In this document: positions 61,001 to 64,000 of the stretch, in pieces | How the letters are laid out: each line of letters begins with the position of its first letter | How positions within the stretch are numbered: position 1 is the first letter of the stretch | Assembly: GCA_002633005.1 (NCBI GenBank) | Contig: NMRA01000388.1 | Span: 284,616-348,615, forward strand | DNA from: Phoronis australis | Lineage: Eukaryota; Animalia; Phoronida | Reading direction: 5' to 3' | Length of the DNA: 64,000 nt | The notes under the pieces: generated by a model | The model's database searches: none | What the model was told of the DNA's origin: nothing | Seen by the model: the letters and a program-made list of their open reading frames with translations, nothing else | Made by a program: the position numbers and the translations under genes

Positions 61001-64000
61001 CTTGATTGTCGTCGTCTCCCTCATCGTCGTCTTTTCGATTAGTTCCGCCAAGTGTCGCTCCTCCGAGCGCTCTCGTTTTTTTTTTGTTTGTTCGCTCTCT
61101 ACAGGTTGCAATTCTGGTCCGATTTTCACGAAATTTGCACACAACGTGTAGATCGGGAAACCCTGGAAGGCTATTGTTTTTGGTCATGATCAGACACAAA
61201 ATGGCGGACGTGGCGGCCATTGTGTATCCGATTTCACAGTCAAATGCTCGTAGACGCCGCATTGTTCGACGTACATAGCTGAAATTCACCACGAATATAC
61301 TACATTGGATGTGCAACAATTGTGCAAAAAATCGTTGACTTGCAGTGAAAGATGGCGGAAATATTGGACGTGGCGCATGCGCACCCCGAAATATGGCTAA
61401 AAACGGTTTCTCCTGTAGAGGGCGCAATTGCAAACCAATCACTTTCAAACTGGGCACGTGTTTGTTGAATTTAATAAGCTTTTATAAAAAATTATTGAAC
61501 CGGAAGTCACCTTCAAGATGGCGGCTGTGGGGCATGTTCACACGGTTTCAATCGCTCTGGTGTCGCATTTTTTATGGGAAGAGCAAATGACGTGAATTTT
61601 TGCATATGGATTCCTTAAAGTATGGCCTTTCAAAAAGTCTGCGAGAGCGTATTTCTCAGACTTACCGTTTTCGAGTTATTTGACTTTGAATTTCAAAAAA
61701 ACGGCAAATTTTCAATTTTCTCGAAAAGCTTTCAGTTAGTTCACTTTGTTTTGGTTATGCCTAGTTGACCCAGACTGACCCAGCCAGCACTGTTCTACTG
61801 TAGACTGGACCGTCATGTTGCGCCATCTATTGTTCTTCATTGTAGTTCATTATATGCTCTCTATTCAATTTCTTCGCTAGTCACATGAATGTTACCGTGT
61901 TATCCATTATTGCCGCCTTGATCGTCATGATTGTCGTCGTCGCTGTCATTGTCGTCTTTTCGATTAATTCCGCCAAGTGTCGCTCTTCCGAGCGGTCTCG
62001 TTTTTTTTTGTTTGTTCGCACGATACAGGTCGCAATTTTCGTCCGATCATCACGAAATTTATACATAACACGTACTTCCGGAAGTAATAGAGGTTTTTTG
62101 TTTTTTGTCAAAATCGGATCCAAGATGGCGGCTGTGCCGGCCATTTTGTTTCCATTTAAAGGTTCAAAGGCTTCTGGAGGCTACAATTTTTTACGTAACA
62201 GGCTAAGAATCGGCATAGTAAATGGACTGGAAGTTTGCTACAAATATGCCGGAAATTGTTTACTTCCGGTTAAAGATGGCGGAAATATCGGCGATCGCGC
62301 ATGCGCTCCTCGATTTTGGCCTTAAAACGTTTTCTCCTGTAGAGGGCGCATTATCAGACCAATTCCTTCGAATTTTTACAGATATTAGTTTGTTATGACA
62401 TGCTATTATACAAAGCCGAAAAACCGGAAGTTACTTTCAAGATGGCGGATCTGGCGCATGTTGACACATTTTCAGTCGTGCTGGAGTGCGATTTTAAACG
62501 GGAAAAGAAAAAGGCGTGATTTTTTACATGTGGATTCTTTGAAGTATAATCTTTCAAATGGCCTGTAACAATTTTTTTTCTCAGACTTACCGTTTTCGAG
62601 TTATTTGACTTTGAATTTCTTAAAAAAAACGCAAAATTTCATTTTTTTCGAAAAATTTACGGAATTAGGCGATACCATCAGTTTAGATAGAATTTTGAAC
62701 GGGCTTTCAGAAGATGTTTTCCATTTTTCGCTAGGACGGCTACTTTTTTAGTTATTTGAGATTTTCTGATAACGCTGTTCCTTTGTTGAGCGATCTTGCT
62801 GCATCGATGTTGGTTTATCTTCTATTGAACTAGACTGTAGCCTATTTCTTATTGATTTATGACATCTAAGTTCGTCATATGAATATTGTGATGTTGTTTA
62901 TCATCGCCACCACCATCTTCATATTCGTCATCATCTTCTTCATCATCTCCTTCGTTGTCTTTTCCGTTAACATTACGTAAAATTGTCGTGAGGACTTGAC
63001 TAGGACCTCAGGGGTCTCACACTTCACTGATTTATCCACATTATTTTGAAAACGCTTTAACTGGTCACGCATTGTGTGTCATAAAAGAGATAAGCATACC
63101 TGCAGCTGACGCAGCAATTAGAACTACTCTCGTTTATCACATTGGTTTAGACTCACAGTTGAACTGTGGTTTTCTGTTGACCCCAGACCGTCGGGAGTTG
63201 CACCATATACCAACTCCGGACGGTCTCTCACGACGATTTATCGTTATGTTTCGCCAAGTGTCGCTCAAGACTGTAACCTTTTTCTTACTGATTTCGGACT
63301 TCTACGTTCGTCATGTGTATGTTATACTACTTCTTTTGTTCATCCTCGCCACCATCGTCGTCATATTCGTCATCTTCGTCATCTTTTTGGTTAATTTCGC
63401 CAAGGTTCGCTCCTCGGAGCGCTTTTTACTTGGCGGAATTCTTCCGCCAAGTATGTTGCTCTGACAGCAAGTTTTTACTTGGCGGAATTCTTCCGCCAAG
63501 TATGTTGCTCTGACAGCAAGTTTTTTTTTTGTTCGCTCTCTACAGGTCGCAATTCTGGTCCGATTTTCACGAAATTTGCACACAACATATAGATCGAAAA
63601 TCACTTGAACGCTGTTGTTTTTGGTCATGATCGAATAGAAAATGGCGGACGTGGCGGCCATTTTGTATCCGATTTCATAGTCAAATACTCGTAGAGGCCG
63701 CACTTTTCGACCTACATGGCTGAAAATGGGTACGCATATACTAGAACGCATGTGCTACAATTGTGCAGAAAATCGTTGACTTTCGGTTAAAGATAGCGGA
63801 AATATTGGACGTGGCGTATGCGCATCCCGAAATATGGCTAAAAACGTTTTCTCCTGTAGAGGGCGCAATTGCAAACCAATCACTTTCAAACTGGTCACGT
63901 GTTTGTTGAGTTTAATAAGCTTTTATAAAAAATTATTGAACCGGAAGTCACCTTCAAGATGGCGGCTGTGGGGCATGTTCACACGGTTTCAATCGCTCTG
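58085..64000 (+). mobile_element. Head-to-tail array of non-autonomous Helentron/HINE-like elements (unit ~1.8 kb, with truncated and diverged copies)
   Basis: 5' palindrome ACTTGGCGGAA-TTC-TTCCGCCAAGT after T runs at 58155/58204 and 63428/63477, degenerate at 59946/59995. 3' subterminal TTCCGCCAAGT plus hairpin CGCTC..GAGCG at ~58120, 59911, 61043, 61968, with a variant at 63396. Internal ~310-bp subrepeats at ~58915, 59227, 59532. Non-coding. Confidence 0.7.
60316..60671. other. Assembly gap (N run) inside the repeat array
   Basis: Run of n. Confidence 1.

Noticed and set aside
58101-63751. Recurrent 100-160 aa ORFs in the terminal array
   Set aside because: They arise from the repeat, frames are not conserved between copies, and some are inflated by N runs.

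Overview
AT-rich animal genomic DNA with spliceosomal introns and two assembly gaps. The repeat and gene content suggests a marine invertebrate (inference only). Left half: 16 phase-compatible minus-strand exons (27375 to 487, 671 codons, running off the left edge) of a fibrocystin-L/PKHD1L1-like protein with signal peptide, IPT/TIG repeats and a PA14-like domain. One intron holds an internally deleted Gypsy LTR element with a nested LINE 3' end. Centre: a decayed Academ-type DNA transposon (TAG...CTA ends, AAA TSD) and, divergently oriented, an apparently intronless TTC22/IFIT-like TPR + TIR + C-terminal membrane-anchor gene (37600-39604) split by a single +1 frameshift. That gene is the best candidate for an undescribed innate-immune system. 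Right half: non-coding DNA with MITEs and a LINE fragment, ending in a head-to-tail array of Helentron/HINE-like elements (58.1-64 kb). All homology calls are by eye from remembered family motifs; no searches were run.
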